A stretch of DNA of 64,000 bases from Octopus bimaculoides (lineage: Eukaryota), in the NCBI RefSeq assembly GCF_001194135.2, contig NC_068985.1, positions 21,328,266 through 21,392,265 of the forward strand, written 5' to 3'. Both the position numbers and the translations under genes were made by a program. Of this stretch, positions 39,893-53,846 are shown piece by piece. Each line of letters opens with the position of its first letter. The first letter of the stretch is position 1. The notes under the pieces are model-generated. The model saw only the letters and a list, made by a program, of their open reading frames with translations, searched no databases and was not told the DNA's origin.

Positions 39893-40339
39893 TATTTTTA
39901 TCATGCCCACACCTTTATATAATCTCTTAAATATCTTCATCATCCACCTAGGCCATAGTACTTATCTCATTTCTATAGATATCTTTTGGGTTTTTATATC
40001 CTCATTATTATATTCATAGTATGCTAGACCTTAAATTGAAAACTTCCTTTTTGGCAACGGTATGCTCGCTCCCAAAATTCTTACCTCACTAAAATGCCTA
40101 ATCACGAAGCTCTATTTCATGTGAAATAAATTTTAAATATTGGTTTCAAATTTTGGCACTTAGCCAGCAAGTTTGGAGAAAGGATAAAATCATTTACATT
40201 GACCCCAGTTCTCGACTGGTACTTATTTCATTGAACCTGAAAGGATGAAAGGCAAAGTCAACCTCAACAGAATTTTAAAATTAATTCTAAATATTAACGA
40301 TTCATTGCTATAGATTACATTTATAACTTCTGTTCTAAA

Positions 40340-40628
40340 CTACTTTTTTCTCTTTTTAAGCCTGGTGTTTATTCTATCATTTTCTTTTGTCGAACCACTA
40401 AGTTACAAGGACATAAATAGATCAATACTGGCTATCAAGCAATGATGGAGGACAAACACACACACACACACACACTTCTTTCAGTTTCTATCTACCACAT
40501 CCACTTATAAGGTTTTGGTTGACCCAAGGTCATAGTAGAAGACATTTGCCCAAGGTGCCACACTGTGGGACTGAACCCAGAATCATATGGTTGGGAAGAA
40601 AGCTTCTTAGCACACAGCCATGCCTGCA
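40340..40628 (-). mobile_element. Family A SINE
   Basis: Reverse complement of head and body motifs. Confidence 0.75.
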
Positions 40629-41525
40629 CCTTTTTTTTTTTTTTTTTTTTAATCTTACCTCTATTCAGTTTTATAACCCCAGTATCATCATATTTCATTT
40701 CTTGATTTCTATGTATCTAAACATTTCACATGTTGAGCAGTCATCAAGCTTTCCTTTGGTTGTTGTTTTGATCCAGTCATACATTTTACATTGCAAATAT
40801 TCATGTATCAACTCCTTTATTTATTACTTTGTAACTTTGTATTTCATTTTCTCTATCTATGTAGGTATGCTTCACACATTTTTTGGCATCTTTGTTTATA
40901 CATTTAAGAGATTCATTTGTAGGAAGAAAGTGGAATGACAATGTGCACTTTACTTTCATACCTAGATGTCATCTGCATACCTCTTCTATTTTTCCTTCAT
41001 TCCATACTTTTTTCTCTCATCACTTGTCAGACCATTTATGATTGCTTGAATATTTTTACCCTCAAATAGGGTAAATAGCTACTTTTAGCTTCTATTAAAA
41101 CATTTCTTTCCCTCCACTATACTACCATTTCTCAGCTGGCAGTGACATGTAATAAACTACTCGTCTCTTTGTTACCAGTCACATTCTTCAATAGGTTTTT
41201 TTTTTCTTCTTTTGGTGGGGGGGGGGGTTCTTTTGTACTGCATTATACAACTTATTTTATTTCTATATNNNNNNNNNNTTGATTAGCAAAGTCATTAAAC
41301 AAAAAATCATTTTCTTCATTAATGTATTTGGTTCAATTTCTTAATTACTAGTTCTCTGCAAAATAATAATGTAACTAACTAGAAAGATAATCCAATTAAA
41401 ATGCTCTTTCTATAATACCTCTGTACCTGTAAGATGAAGTTAAAAAATATAGGATATCAGTTTTTCAGTTTGTTAATTCTTTTGTGTATTTATAGCTATG
41501 ATTTGTCTGTGAAGAGAATGATAAG

Positions 41526-41730
41526 CCCTTTTGCATTCTGATTACTCTGTCAAATGCAATGCTAATTTATTCACATTGTTTTGAATTTAATCTTGTAGCT
41601 TCAAGATTTAAATGATGTGATTGTTTATTTTTAAAATGACATTGTAGGGTGAGAGGCCAGATCAGGCCAGTTTGAACATAAAACAAGTAGAATATTTAGG
41701 CCAGATATGATCGGTTTAAATACAAAAGTG
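41526..41730. mobile_element. piggyBac-type MITE, second copy
   Basis: cccttttgcattc...tttaaatacaaaagtg|ttaa; homologous to 38217-38432. Confidence 0.6.
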
Positions 41731-42227
41731 TTAATAGTGAGAAAAATTATTTTATATTTTGTGCTACTAACCGTTCAACATGCAGTGGTAGGGTTCTTTA
41801 CTGTACGTCTTTTTGACAATTGTGATACCTCGAAGGGAAGAACTCTTGCATCCAGTTAGCCTAGGTTCCACACACTTGATATAGTTTAAAAATGCTCTGA
41901 AATAAAGGTTTTAGTCATTTTAAAAGCATTATTATTATTATTGTCTGCTAATAAATTGTTTTAATGAAAAATTAGTGATATTGAAAAACAGCTGTCTGCA
42001 GAAAATATTCATGTCTGCATAAAATATTCATGTGGTCTTCTTCGCAGTATATCATAAACCACAGAAACTATTAAAAGTCAATGGATTCAGTAGTGTTGGA
42101 AGATAAGGAATGAACCTACTACTAGTTAGGGCACCATTCTCTGATAGATAGCATTTTCAAAAGATGTATTGCAGTTAAGTGAACCTAGACACAAAATTAG
42201 AAGCCTTATCCAAAGCTACAACAAAAC

Positions 42228-42560
42228 AGTAGCCATCCACCCAGCTATTTTCTTTGCCCACTATTCCTGCAAGGGTCATAGGGGTAGAGTCCTCAGGCAC
42301 CTCCTCCACAGAGTCCTATCAGAAGCAAGCATCATTACACTTTCTGACTGTATTCCTAAGCATGGCCAACTGAAACTATGGATATTATCCAACCATATCG
42401 TTTTTGCTCTACTCTTTGGTCTCCTGCTGGTTGGTTCAGCTTGAAGAATTTATCTTGCAATTCTTTCCTGTGACATTCTAATTGCATGTCCATAGTACCG
42501 GAACTGTAACACCTCTATGCAGAGAAGTAGCAACTCAACCTGGAGAGACTGCCTGAGCTA
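42228..42560 (-). mobile_element. RTE-type LINE C-terminus (second family)
   Basis: LRQSLQVELLLLCIEVLQFRYYGHAIRMSQERIAR*ILQAEPTSRRPKSRAKTIWLD...DRTLWRR. Confidence 0.75.
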
Positions 42561-45045
42561 TGTAACAAGTATAAAACACTAGCAACAAATAAATTTGTAT
42601 TGGATGTACAGATAGTCTAATTTTTATCTAATTAGCTTGTTCACCTCTTTATTGTATCAAAAGTTTCAAATGAGGTTTAGTTAGATCTTCTAAACAAATT
42701 ACTTTGTATATTCATATTTTTGTGAATAAACTATAGCAGTTCACCAGCTTGGCAATAAGCCCACTGGCTGTAACTAATAAAAGAATAAATCAGAAATAAC
42801 TGAGATTATTAAGAATCATGTTCTTTGGAATGTGAAGAAGGTAAGGCAAATGAATTTCATTAACGAGCCAGTTACCTTATATATAATTCACCTGACAGCA
42901 TATATACCATTGATAACCTTAAAAGAACTACATATTATTTATTTAGAAGCCAACTTATTCAAGAAGGTATCATTTTTATCAATTGCAATTTCTTAATTTT
43001 TGTTTTAGCTGATTATACTGAATCTAAATTCATGGATCATTTTGGTACAAAATAATATTCAATATGGTCAAGTTTATATTGTAACTAAGTGATTTACTGA
43101 ATAGTTTACATGAGAAAACACAAAAACTAGCTTATTTTATGAGTCTAGAACTGTTACATATACAAGGATTGCATTTTGTAATCATTAGTAAGAATGTGAC
43201 GCCATTAGATTCTGTGCCCAATTTCCATCATCCCCTCACTCCCTCCTATCCAATCTATTCTGCTACTATAACATCTGGTGCCTCTGTTATGACCAGTTTG
43301 TCTGTCTCTTTGATTAATTGCTTGAGTCTTCATTCTGGTATCTTGAAATACTGGGGATAGAAAGTCCTTATTACATTAATGATTAATGAGAAAAAAAATT
43401 CTTTTTTTTTTTTCTTAAATTTGCTTTTTAGCAAGCTATTTCCAGTATATTTTGGTCAAGCAACAATTTGGGCGAAAATAAAATCAATTTTCACAAATTG
43501 AAGTACAATATATATACAGTTCATGCAATATATATGAAATAAGTTACAAAAGACAAAATCCGATATAAATATGTTCACACACATGGATACATAGCAACAA
43601 GATTTCTTTTAGATATCAGGAGCTAAAATAGTCAGGAAAGCAAAACACAAATTTTCTTTTGTTTTCATTCATTAATTTTTTAGTTCACTTTTGTTTTCAG
43701 TTATTTCTTCCAACTTTGTAACTGAATGAGAGAGAGAGAAAGAGACATTGGACATATTCCTGTTCTGTTTCATTCTTTTTTTCCTCTTTTTCTCCATTTT
43801 ATTTAAAATTAATGAGATTGCATGTTGATAACATTTTTTAGGAAAAATGTCAAAAATACTTGAGAGATGTTTAAGATTTTAAAGTAACAAATGTTTGAAT
43901 GATATTTAATTTTCATATCTGTGTCTATCCAATTCTCCGAACTGGAATAAATTAAATTTGTTTTCCAAACCATCTTGCTCCATATTTCTTTGAAAACCTT
44001 TTCCTTCATTTCTAGTCCTTCAAGGATCGTCACCATTCTCAGTAAATCTCCTCCACTTTCAGTGCCTGTAATTTTCAATACTAGCCTCATGTATTGTAAG
44101 TGTGCACATGTATGCATACCCCACCCGCGCACACACCCTTCTTCCTCTCTTTCTCCCCCCCCCTCTCTCTCTCTGGCATGCTTTTAAAAATTTATACTGG
44201 AATTCAATACATCATCCATTGTTTTATATTTCATTTTCACTTATTCATAATTTTACAAACATGTCTTCTGGTTTGCTCTTTATACGGGTTCTGCTTTGCT
44301 CATTATCACATGATGGTGATGTTTAGCCTCAAGGTCAGCTCTGACTCAGTAAACTTATGAAGTCGATGACATTCCATCCATGGTAATCCCATATTTTTTC
44401 AATATGTCCAATGTGTCCTTTATTTAAGATGAAATGATATGTTTTTGAATAGATTTGGTTGCTATTTCTAATAGATAGTAACTGCATGGAGGCTCTTTCA
44501 TAGCTCATTTGACATGATGGATAGTGTTGGTATTGAGTGTGAAGGCAATACTGCCAGATTCCTTCTCAAACAGTCGAGCTGACTGGATATTTTGCAATTG
44601 TAAAAGGCTTTCTTTGGAGAGGTGGGGGAGCATGATTTTTTTTTTTCTTTCTCTCTTTGTTTCTTCCTTTGTTTCTAAGTTTAAAACTTCACAATAAAGC
44701 TGTTTATACTTAGCTCAGAAATGTCTGTTTAACCTTTACCTAAAACTTAAATGTTTTTTTCCCCTCTCCACTTATCTCTGATTTCCTATCTTCTCATCTT
44801 TTGTTTGCTTTATTTATAGTAAAAGAAGCATACAATAGCTCAATAAACCTTCCACTTTTTACACTTTTCTCAACTTGCAAAGGATAGAAGCTGGCTAAAA
44901 CAATTGTAAAACAACAGTCTTGATCATTGAAATAGCCATTGTATTTATACGACCTTCAGTATATCTACAATTCGAGCTCTATAACATCACCCAGAAATAC
45001 TTTCTTTCATATATATAACCACACTAGACCCTGTGACTCTTTCTT

Positions 45046-45091
<46 letters not shown>

Positions 45092-45779
45092 ACTCACACA
45101 CACACATAGAGCATCATAGCTGAATCAAATATTTTTACTCCTGTAGTAACAAATATATTTTACCTCTTAAAATTTAAAAATAACAAGAAACAAGTAATAA
45201 CTCTTTCTGCTATAAGAACAGTTATACTGATGCCATTGCTCAGCTGTCACTTATTTTACTGATCCCAAAAGGATAAAGGGCAAAGTAAGTAGATATTAGT
45301 GGAATTTTCAAAGAACTGCTGCTAAGCATTTTGTTGACTGTGCTTAACAATTCTGCCTTTTTAGAAACCATCCTTTTTAGAAACAAGTAGTAATAAAATA
45401 TCTTTGCTCTGTACAATGCACTTTTTTCAAGAGAATGGTTCAGTTCCCAATATCTTTAAGTGACAAAATAAAGGTATAGTTTAACCCCTTTTAACTTGGA
45501 ACCATAAACTGAGCCAAATACAAATGTCTCAGCAATCTGTGGACCCATATACACACAAACTAACACAAGCCACAAATTTTCATGGAAGAGCATAATCAAT
45601 TGAATTGATCTCATTTAAGTAAATAGTATTTATTATGTCAATCATTGAGAGATGAACAGCAAAGTTAGCCATAACAGGATTTGAACTCAGAAAGAAGTGA
45701 AAGAAATACAGCAAAAATGATATTAGCTATAAGTGACTGACTACCATTGTTCTCTCAGAGCTATGTGCATGAACATTTA

Positions 45780-45952
45780 ATATAATTATTAATAACCACA
45801 TTATTTTAAGCAACAAACAAAAAATTCATTAATTTTGTTAAGCCATGTGCCCAAACATTGCAAAATGTTCGTGCACATAGCTTAACAAAATTAATGTACA
45901 TGCATGGATTTTTGTTTGTTGCTTAAGATAATGTAGATATTAATAATTATAT
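45780..45952. repeat. Fold-back palindrome, ~80-bp arms
   Basis: Centre aacatt-gcaa-aatgtt; arms pair with a few mismatches and one short insertion. Confidence 0.85.
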
Positions 45953-46033
45953 TTTATGGAGATGTACTTGCATGGTACGTGTTTTGATCTGAGATTGTAC
46001 ATTGAAACTGAAATGATTGCAATGTGGAAGACT

Positions 46034-46274
46034 CAAGTTAACCATTCAGAAGCACACAAAGACAGTTAACTTCACTTAAACATTTAGTGTTTGTAATATG
46101 GTGTCAAATTTTTCATCACTCAAAACTGCAGCCTGATCACTGACAAATTTGTGCAGCACAAATTTGTCATTGACCAAGTCACAGTTTCAATGACAAAAAT
46201 TTTGACACCACATTACAAACACTAAATGTTTAAGGAAGTTAACTGTCTTTGTGTGTTTCTGAGTGGCCAACTTG
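46034..46274. repeat. Fold-back palindrome, ~120-bp arms
   Basis: Centre tgacaaatttgtgc-a-gcacaaatttgtca; outer arms gacagttaacttc..aaacatttagtgtttgtaat are complementary. Confidence 0.9.
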
Positions 46275-46480
46275 TGTTTTCTATGCTGCAATCATTATAA
46301 TTATATTTATCATACATTCATTGCACAGATAATTTTATCAGTAGGAAAAATTGCACAATATAAGATTTCTGTGCATACTGATTATTTAGACATTAGAAGG
46401 AACATTGGTGAGTACTAAAATCATTGCATCATTCTGAAATTTAGACAGATAGTGTTAATATGGAAAGCTGAGACATATAC

Positions 46481-46589
46481 CTGATGTATAGTGGTAGCTG
46501 GAGCAGAGGTTTGTACAAAGACTTGAAGCTTGTTGTCTGCAGCTTGTTAAATTTTGTATAAGAAAAGACCCTATATAAACTTTAAACAT
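46481..46589 (-). CDS. Orphan gene exon 4 (MFKVYIGSFLIQNLTSCRQQASSLCTNLCSSYHYTS)
   Basis: 109 nt, phase 0 to 1; acceptor ttacatcag, donor CAG|GTATAT; open and chains in frame with exons 3 and 5. Confidence 0.6.
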
Positions 46590-46897
46590 CTGATGTAATG
46601 TAAATTTAATCTAAACATCTAATCTGATGTAAATTTTAAACACTTCAATGCTTCAAAAAAAAAATGTTAAGAAATTCCGCATAAATGATCCTTGTATCTC
46701 AACCAAGTTATTCTTATTCTAACATTTGAAGAATTAAAAGTAGAGATATTTAAGAAAATGCAAGAAGCTTAAGCTTTCCCAGACAAATAATAAAGAAAAC
46801 ATTGAATTAGTCAAATATTTGACCAGGCACAGAAATAAACTATTTTCTGAAAATTAGTTTAATTTTCAGCAGTGACATGAAGCTCATATAGAATTAC

Positions 46898-46973
46898 CTC
46901 CATAACAGGAAATGCTTTATATCCATACTTAGAACTCAAATAACAGTGCACAATTTTGTATCTAATAACATTT
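46898..46973 (-). CDS. Orphan gene exon 3 (KNVIRYKIVHCYLSSKYGYKAFPVME)
   Basis: 76 nt, phase 2 to 0; acceptor gttctcttttctcag, donor GAG|GTAATT; only the required frame is open. Confidence 0.6.
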
Positions 46974-48730
46974 CTGAGAAAAGAGAACATCTCTGCTTAA
47001 CATGCCATTCTGACAGTTCATTTATTTGGTGAAGGCTTTATAATGCATATGTTCTTTGATGGGGATTATTTCACCCAAACATGATGATAAAGTTCAAGTT
47101 AACCTTAGCTGTTACAATTTATACCAAAATAGGTCTACAGCAACACACAGCACAGTAATAATAATGCTTTAGAATGTTGCAATAGTTGAAGATCCCAAAT
47201 GTGAAGCATATGAAACATAAAGCATCTCAGTAACAGATGCTGAAGATGAACATTGTTAAATGATTTTTGATGATAATGATTTACTTGTTTGCTGTATTCT
47301 GTTTAATTTAAAATAAATTCATTTTATTTTAGTCTGTTCTTATTGTTTCTAAACCTAAAATGCTTCCCCAATACCACTCTCCATATTTATCCAGAATACA
47401 TTTTTATTATTATAGCTTCCCCTTCAGATACCGTGTTGTATTACTTTGTTATCTCTTGGACTGCTTTACCTGTTCTGCTGGTAGGTATTGCAGAATTCCA
47501 AAGATAGCATTGTTTTCTTATGCATTACTTTAGTTCAAAGAAAGACCCCCATATATTTGTGTGCAGTGTGTGTGAAGGAATAAAAATAGATTACTCTTTT
47601 ACTGGTTCCATCCAGTTGGTGGAGCACAAATTTCAACAAAAGTATGAATTTTCAGTTGTCCATCATCATTATCATTTAATGTCTGGTTTCCTTGCTGGTA
47701 TAGGTTGGAGGTTTGATAGGGTCTGAGGAATTGACTGTGTCTGCTTTGGCATGGTTTCCATAGCTTTATGCTCTTCCTAATGCCAACCACTTTATAGTGT
47801 GTACTGGGCCCTTTTCTTTTTTTTTTTTATATATTTCCATGTCACCAGCATTATTGATGATTGCCTTCTAACTTGCAAAGCTAAGGATTTACAGTGCTCC
47901 CTATAACTAAGAGAGATCCTTGGTAGAGGGTTGTGAGATAGTAGGTAAAAGAAGAATGGAGGAGTATGGCAGGAAGGAAGGAAGGGATTAGTGCCAGGAT
48001 TGAGAAAAATGAAAGGATAGAGTTGAAAAGGCAATTGGATGGGTTGTTAGGGAGTGGGAGTAATATGTTACTCAGAATTTTAAGATACTGGTTTGTTTGT
48101 CTCTGCATGTAATGAGGTTTGAGAAGGAGTAAAGGCAATAGAATTGATGGCAGAACATCACTGATATTTGTTTTATTAGCCCTTGTTAGATGAAAGACTA
48201 AGTCAAATCTACTGAGATTTGAACTCTCTAATATAGAGATACAAAACTTAATGCTGTAAACCATTTTTGTCCAACATTCTACTTTTATTACCAACTGCTT
48301 GCTTTTCAGAATTTTAAACATTGGCCTCTGTTAAATTTATATTTAATTATTCTCAGTCTTGTGAATACAAAACTAATCTTAAAATGTTTTATTGCAAAAT
48401 TCCACAAATGATTATTTCATGAATGATCAAATAAAACTAGTTTACTTGTTTTATCAATTTTCTCTGGTTTGTTAGACTTGAAATTGAGAGAAAAATAATC
48501 TACATTTGAAAAAAAAAAAGTTTTCCTTGTAGGGGTTACACCCCTACAAAGAATTAGAAATGTACCGAGTCAAAAATGAATAGATATAGAAGCCTATCAC
48601 ACTGTTGGCCTCTTTCTCTTCTTTTATGCTAATAATGTCAGTGGAAATAATACAAATATCTTAACTCCTATTTGCTTTTTTTTTTTTTGTTCTTTGCCTG
48701 TTGATGGCTATTTCCCATTAGATAAAACCA

Positions 48731-48930
48731 ACATTATTTACATTTGAAGGATATTTGTCCTCATCTTGTTTGTTGTTAACACAACGTTTTGGCTGATATA
48801 CCCTCCAGCCTTCATCAGGTGTCTTGCGGAAATTTCGAACCTGGGTTCTCATTCCTAAGGTATTTTCGATGTTATTATTATTATTATTCAGGTCACTGCC
48901 TGGAATCGAACTCGAAATCTTGAGGTTCGT
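48731..48930 (-). mobile_element. Second copy of the tRNA-headed hammerhead element (5'-truncated)
   Basis: Colinear with 32015-32205; B box GAGTTCGATTCC retained; abuts an RTE tail. Confidence 0.85.
48778..48823 (-). ncRNA. Minimal hammerhead ribozyme with G12A core mutation (predicted inactive)
   Basis: GACAC-CUGAUGA-AGGCUG(GAGGGUAUAU)CAGCC-AAAA-CGUUGUGUU: perfect stem II but GAAA changed to AAAA. Confidence 0.75.
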
Positions 48931-50395
48931 AGATGGCAAGCCAGAGGACTGCCTCAAGCTTTGTCTGCTTTGGCATGGTTTCTATGGCTGGATACCCTTC
49001 CTAACACCAACCACTTGACACAGTGTACTGAGTACTTTTTATATGGCACCAGCACTAGTGAGGTCACCAAGTAACTTGCAAGGCAAGCCCCCCCCCCTCA
49101 ACTGAGAAGGGTTTGTATTGAGTTTGGTGGCTTTATGCCAGTTGATGAGCAACAGAAACAAGTGTCTTCTAGGGGAGATACCTGATTGCCCCAGTTGGAA
49201 AAGAGGATGGTGGTGAAGATAGAATTTACATGAACATAGGATCCAAAATGTTATCTAAGTCCAGGATTATTTTTAACACAGCAAGTTATTAGACAACCAG
49301 TTAAGGCTCTGAACATACATATCTTACCATGACAAAATTGGTATCAGAGAAGCATTCATTGCAACTACTTCACTTATCCAAAAAATGAAGTAAGCTCCTT
49401 TGTACTTCATATCCCTGGTAATTTCATCTTACTGAGGATATGTGGAAATAGAGAAGCTAGTGAGGTGGCATTGTTACTTTCAAATACTTAAAAGTTTACA
49501 TGTACAAATGGTTGAAAGTATATTTTATTTGTACACTCCATAACAGAGAAGGGGAAGTAGTGTTTTCCTGAAAAGGTAATTTGTTGTAAAGAGAGACACC
49601 CATGTGATCACCAATATTAGACACACACAACTGGTCGTTGCATCTTGCAACCTCAAATGAGAGACATCATCATCATCATTACCCTCAGTTAAATATCCAC
49701 TTTTTCATGCTTATAATAGGTCAAACAGAATTTGTGGAGGCAGATTTTTGTAAGGTGAGATACCCATTTTGTTATCAATCTTCACCTGTTTCCAAGCAAG
49801 GTAATATTTTCCCAGAGCAAGACATATTTTCCCATGGAAGACTGAAAACAACAAACCTTACTTGTATGATGGCCATGTACATTTACAATCATCACATGAT
49901 GTCTAGAAAAGAATTCGCATAAACACACACACGCACACATGTATGTGTGTGTGTGAGTGTATATGTATACAAAAAGGTTTCTTTTCCATTTCTGTCTACC
50001 AAATCCACAGTAGTAAAAGACACCGAAGGTGCCATCTAGTGGGACTGAAACCAAGATGCATGATCTAAAAGCAAACTTCTTAACTACACAACTACACATA
50101 AAATTAAGCTACCTGAATGTTTCAAGTCTTTCATAAACTGGAATTAAAGCAGTGGGGTGGAAGTGTGTATTTGTGTTGTCAGCAGCAATAATCTACATTC
50201 ATCTAGAAGCATGAAGGTGTGGATATAGAATGAGAGAATAAGGCTTCTTATCCAGTTGTAACTGTACCAAAATTGCTCCTTCAAATGAAAAAATGCAAGA
50301 AAATATACATTTTTATGTGCATATCAATTTGTAGACCTTGCGTAAATAGAATGAGAAAAGAGAAACACACAAATCTGAAAATATTTCTGACTCAC

Positions 50396-50522
50396 TTGCA
50401 GAGTTTGGTGTAATTGGTGTCATTGACTATTTCGCTTGTATTTGACAGGACTAATCTTTCTGTCTGACAACCTGTCAATGCTTGATGGATCTGAGCTGTG
50501 TTACACTGGCCTTTGATAAGAA
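50396..50522 (-). CDS. Orphan gene exon 2 (VLIKGQCNTAQIHQALTGCQTERLVLSNTSEIVNDTNYTKLC)
   Basis: 127 nt, phase 1 to 2; excellent acceptor ttttttttcttctgcag and donor CAA|GTGAGT; one open frame; three N-X-S/T sequons. Confidence 0.8.
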
Positions 50523-50611
50523 CTGCAGAAGAAAAAAAATTGACTTAAATTTCTGCTTTGACTAATGTACCATATGAAAACATTTATGAATTTTATAGAA
50601 ATACTAATAAC

Positions 50612-50673
<62 letters not shown>

Positions 50674-53600
50674 CTGAATTCTTTTTTCTATGTATTGAGT
50701 ACACTTTTTCACTTTTGTTTATAAGTTGTAACATTTGAATGTGTGTGTGTGTACCTTTATCACACTCATATATATACATATATACATTGGAATGTTTTCA
50801 TTTGCCAAGCTAATCTATCAAACTGCTTGAACAACCCTCAATTCTAAATGCAAATATAGAATATCCATTGTATTGGTACAGACTGAATTTCTGTGTTTTA
50901 ATTATGTTCTGTCCATAACCTTCCTATCTATTATGAGAGATGTTGTCATATGATCTCTATTATAGAAATAATACAGTGTGTTAAGGAAGGGATTAGATAC
51001 TACTTAAAATAGCTGGAGCTTGTACACAGAAACCCTACCTTAGTTCAATAGTTAAGAAGACAATTATTTCACATGATACTTAAGTTACTCCTAGTAAGAA
51101 AGATAGGATAGTGTTTAATTGCTTTTGTTATTTAGCCCCNNNNNNNNNNNNNNNATCAGATATTGTGATCAAAGATATTCTAGATGTGACCATCTTATCT
51201 TTTTCAAACAATGCAAAAAAAAAAAAAAAAACTTTGGTTACTCAAAGCATGTACTTGTAGAATACCAAGTGAAGTGGTCAAATTCAGGAGAATTCCCTGT
51301 ATTTTATTTTATTTTAGATTGGCATCTTATTGTCTGTGGTGGTAGTCAGACTTTGTTTGAGACAGGCATTCTGCCAGAATGTTATCTATTATCTGTTCAT
51401 ATTAACCATTGGTACAACTCCACACTCAAGCTCTATTATCAGCTAAAATAGCTATTTATATTTTCATGGTATGAAGTTTTATCTTTGGCTGTAATTATAA
51501 GGATTTCCATTTTGGGATATATTAAGCTGAAATTTATTTTATACATTATTACTGAGCAATTATGATCTGACTAAAGTATAATGTTAAGTCATCTGAATCT
51601 CACTATTTCTACAGCTAGAATACATTTTTTTCTGGTATATATATTTCTATTGTCCCTTAGTTGTTTAGTTCTAATGAATGAATGCACACAGATGCATGGA
51701 TCAATTTACGTAATATTGCATTGTTTTATTAATTAATTACTTGTAATGTAATCTAGTTATTCCTACCTAGAAAGGGTATTTTATTCATTTATCAACAAAA
51801 ACTAGGCAACATTTACTAATACTAAGAAAACAACCAGTTCAAAGTATAGCTTCTTATGAATCTCATACTTAAGCAAAGCTTCTTGTGGTTCCTTCCAGGT
51901 AAAGATACTTGTAACATTCATGTCTTCTTCAGTTGCATTAGTAATGTAAGTTGAATAAAATAGTTGAAACTGAGAACCAACTTTACAGACTTGGCTCACG
52001 AGATGCTTACCTTTTTATACTGTAGTGTTTGCTTTGAAAATATTAAATGTTTCTAAAGAACCTGACCATTAAAGGAATCTTTCATAAGTTCCTTTGTCAT
52101 TATATTACAGTGTTCTTTTTAAAAAAAAAGCTGTTCTCCTCAAGAGACAGTTGATAAAAATCCATATCTTATGTCAACACTTTAAACATTTTTTTGCTTT
52201 GAAGAAACTCTATTCCAGAGTAGTGGATGTTGTGTTGATGCAGCTCATATTTCAATGAGAATTAGCTTTGGAAGAATGTCACTTTCTCTCAGATGTTTTT
52301 TTTTTCTTTTTACAAGGATAAAGAATCAAGAGTAAAAAAAATACTGATAACCAGATAAGGAAAAATAGAAAAATGCTATCAAAATAGCACCAATGCTCAG
52401 ATAATATAAATGCATACATAGTAAGTCCATAAAATAAGGCACATGAAAACTACATAGTAATACCATCTCTAAACTCCTCCACATTGAAATTGTTTTGTAG
52501 CAGTGTGGGAGAAATGTGGACATAAAATAAGTTAATGAATGCTGATAAAAGTTTGAAAGAAACAGAAAATATATTGGTGGAAGAAATAGATTGAAATGGC
52601 AAATCCCAGAATAAAAATGCATTTTATGTTATGTCTTTTTAATGTTCTTTAAACATCACCATCATCAACATATATCTAATGCCAAGAGTCTTCAATATTG
52701 CTCAGTCGGTTGGCAGATACTGTCTTCTCACTAGTTATTACAAACTTTACTTCCTTGGCTTTTAACACTTTCTTTTAAACAGGACATGGAATGATCTGCC
52801 AAATGTCTTAAGTATGCTACAATAACTGTTTGTTGAGGTTACTTATTGAGTATTTGTATTAAATTAATTAAACTTTTTTTAATTTTTCTTTCAGAATGTC
52901 AGGAGAGATGGGTAAAATAAAGTAACACAGTCTACACAATAAGCTATGTGTAAATAGATCAGCTTGATGTCCCTAATCATTTGAATAAGGATGGTTTTCT
53001 TTTTCAAAAGTGAGAGGTATTGGTTAAAGTTCTTAGCATTAGAAAATAACTTTGATCNNNNNNNNNNGAGAGAATGGTGGCATTAAGCACACTCATCAAC
53101 AGAAACCTCTTAGGAAATCATTTCTAAAAGCCATGTTATCATTGACCTTTCTCTTGACTAGATATCTTGTACAGAAATGATGTTGATTAATCATAATAAA
53201 TATACTATGTATTGGCAAAGAGTTCTTCTAAAGAAAGAGAGCAAAAAATTCATTACATTTATTGTTGTATTTATTTTCATTTTAATTCTTAACAATTTCT
53301 TTTTTTAATTTATTTATTTTTTCTTTTTTGTTCTTTCAATCAAAACTGCCCATAAATTGACCTTTTGCAAGAGTAACTTTAATTGGCATTTAATTTAAAT
53401 GGAAATTACTATCAGTAAGTACTGCTTTATTAAAATGAAACAGACTGACTGCTCTGAAAGAAAATCTGTTTTTAAGAATTTCTCTTAAGATGTATATCAG
53501 AATTCCTCATTCAGCATCAAATTATTTTTGAAAGTAACACATTACAGTGAATTAATTCCCTGAACCATTGAGTCTTACGCAAAGATAACAGATCAAACTG

Positions 53601-53846
53601 TCCTACATAGGATATTTTTACTTTTAATCAACATCATACCTGTACAGAACATCTAAGCAAAAGAAAACTCATAATGATTATGATACTGTTGGTTGCAATT
53701 TCCTGAGACATTTGGGTGCTTTTAATGTCACTATTCTTTCATCTACAAAATGAAGGCAATTGATAATACATCTAAATGAGAGAAAAGTTACTTTGTCCAG
53801 TGAAAAACATTAGCAACACTTTCTTTCTCTTAAAAAAGAAAACCTT

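Noticed and set aside
43809-44132. 107-aa - strand ORF
   Set aside because: No usable splice sites or homology; starts in a simple repeat
47400-47640. Alternative exon candidates for the orphan gene
   Set aside because: Acceptors lack pyrimidine tracts and surrounding frames look like decayed transposon sequence; the 46973-46898 exon fits better
51802-51999. 65-aa - strand ORF as an orphan-gene exon
   Set aside because: No phase-1 donor or acceptor pair compatible with exons 1 and 2
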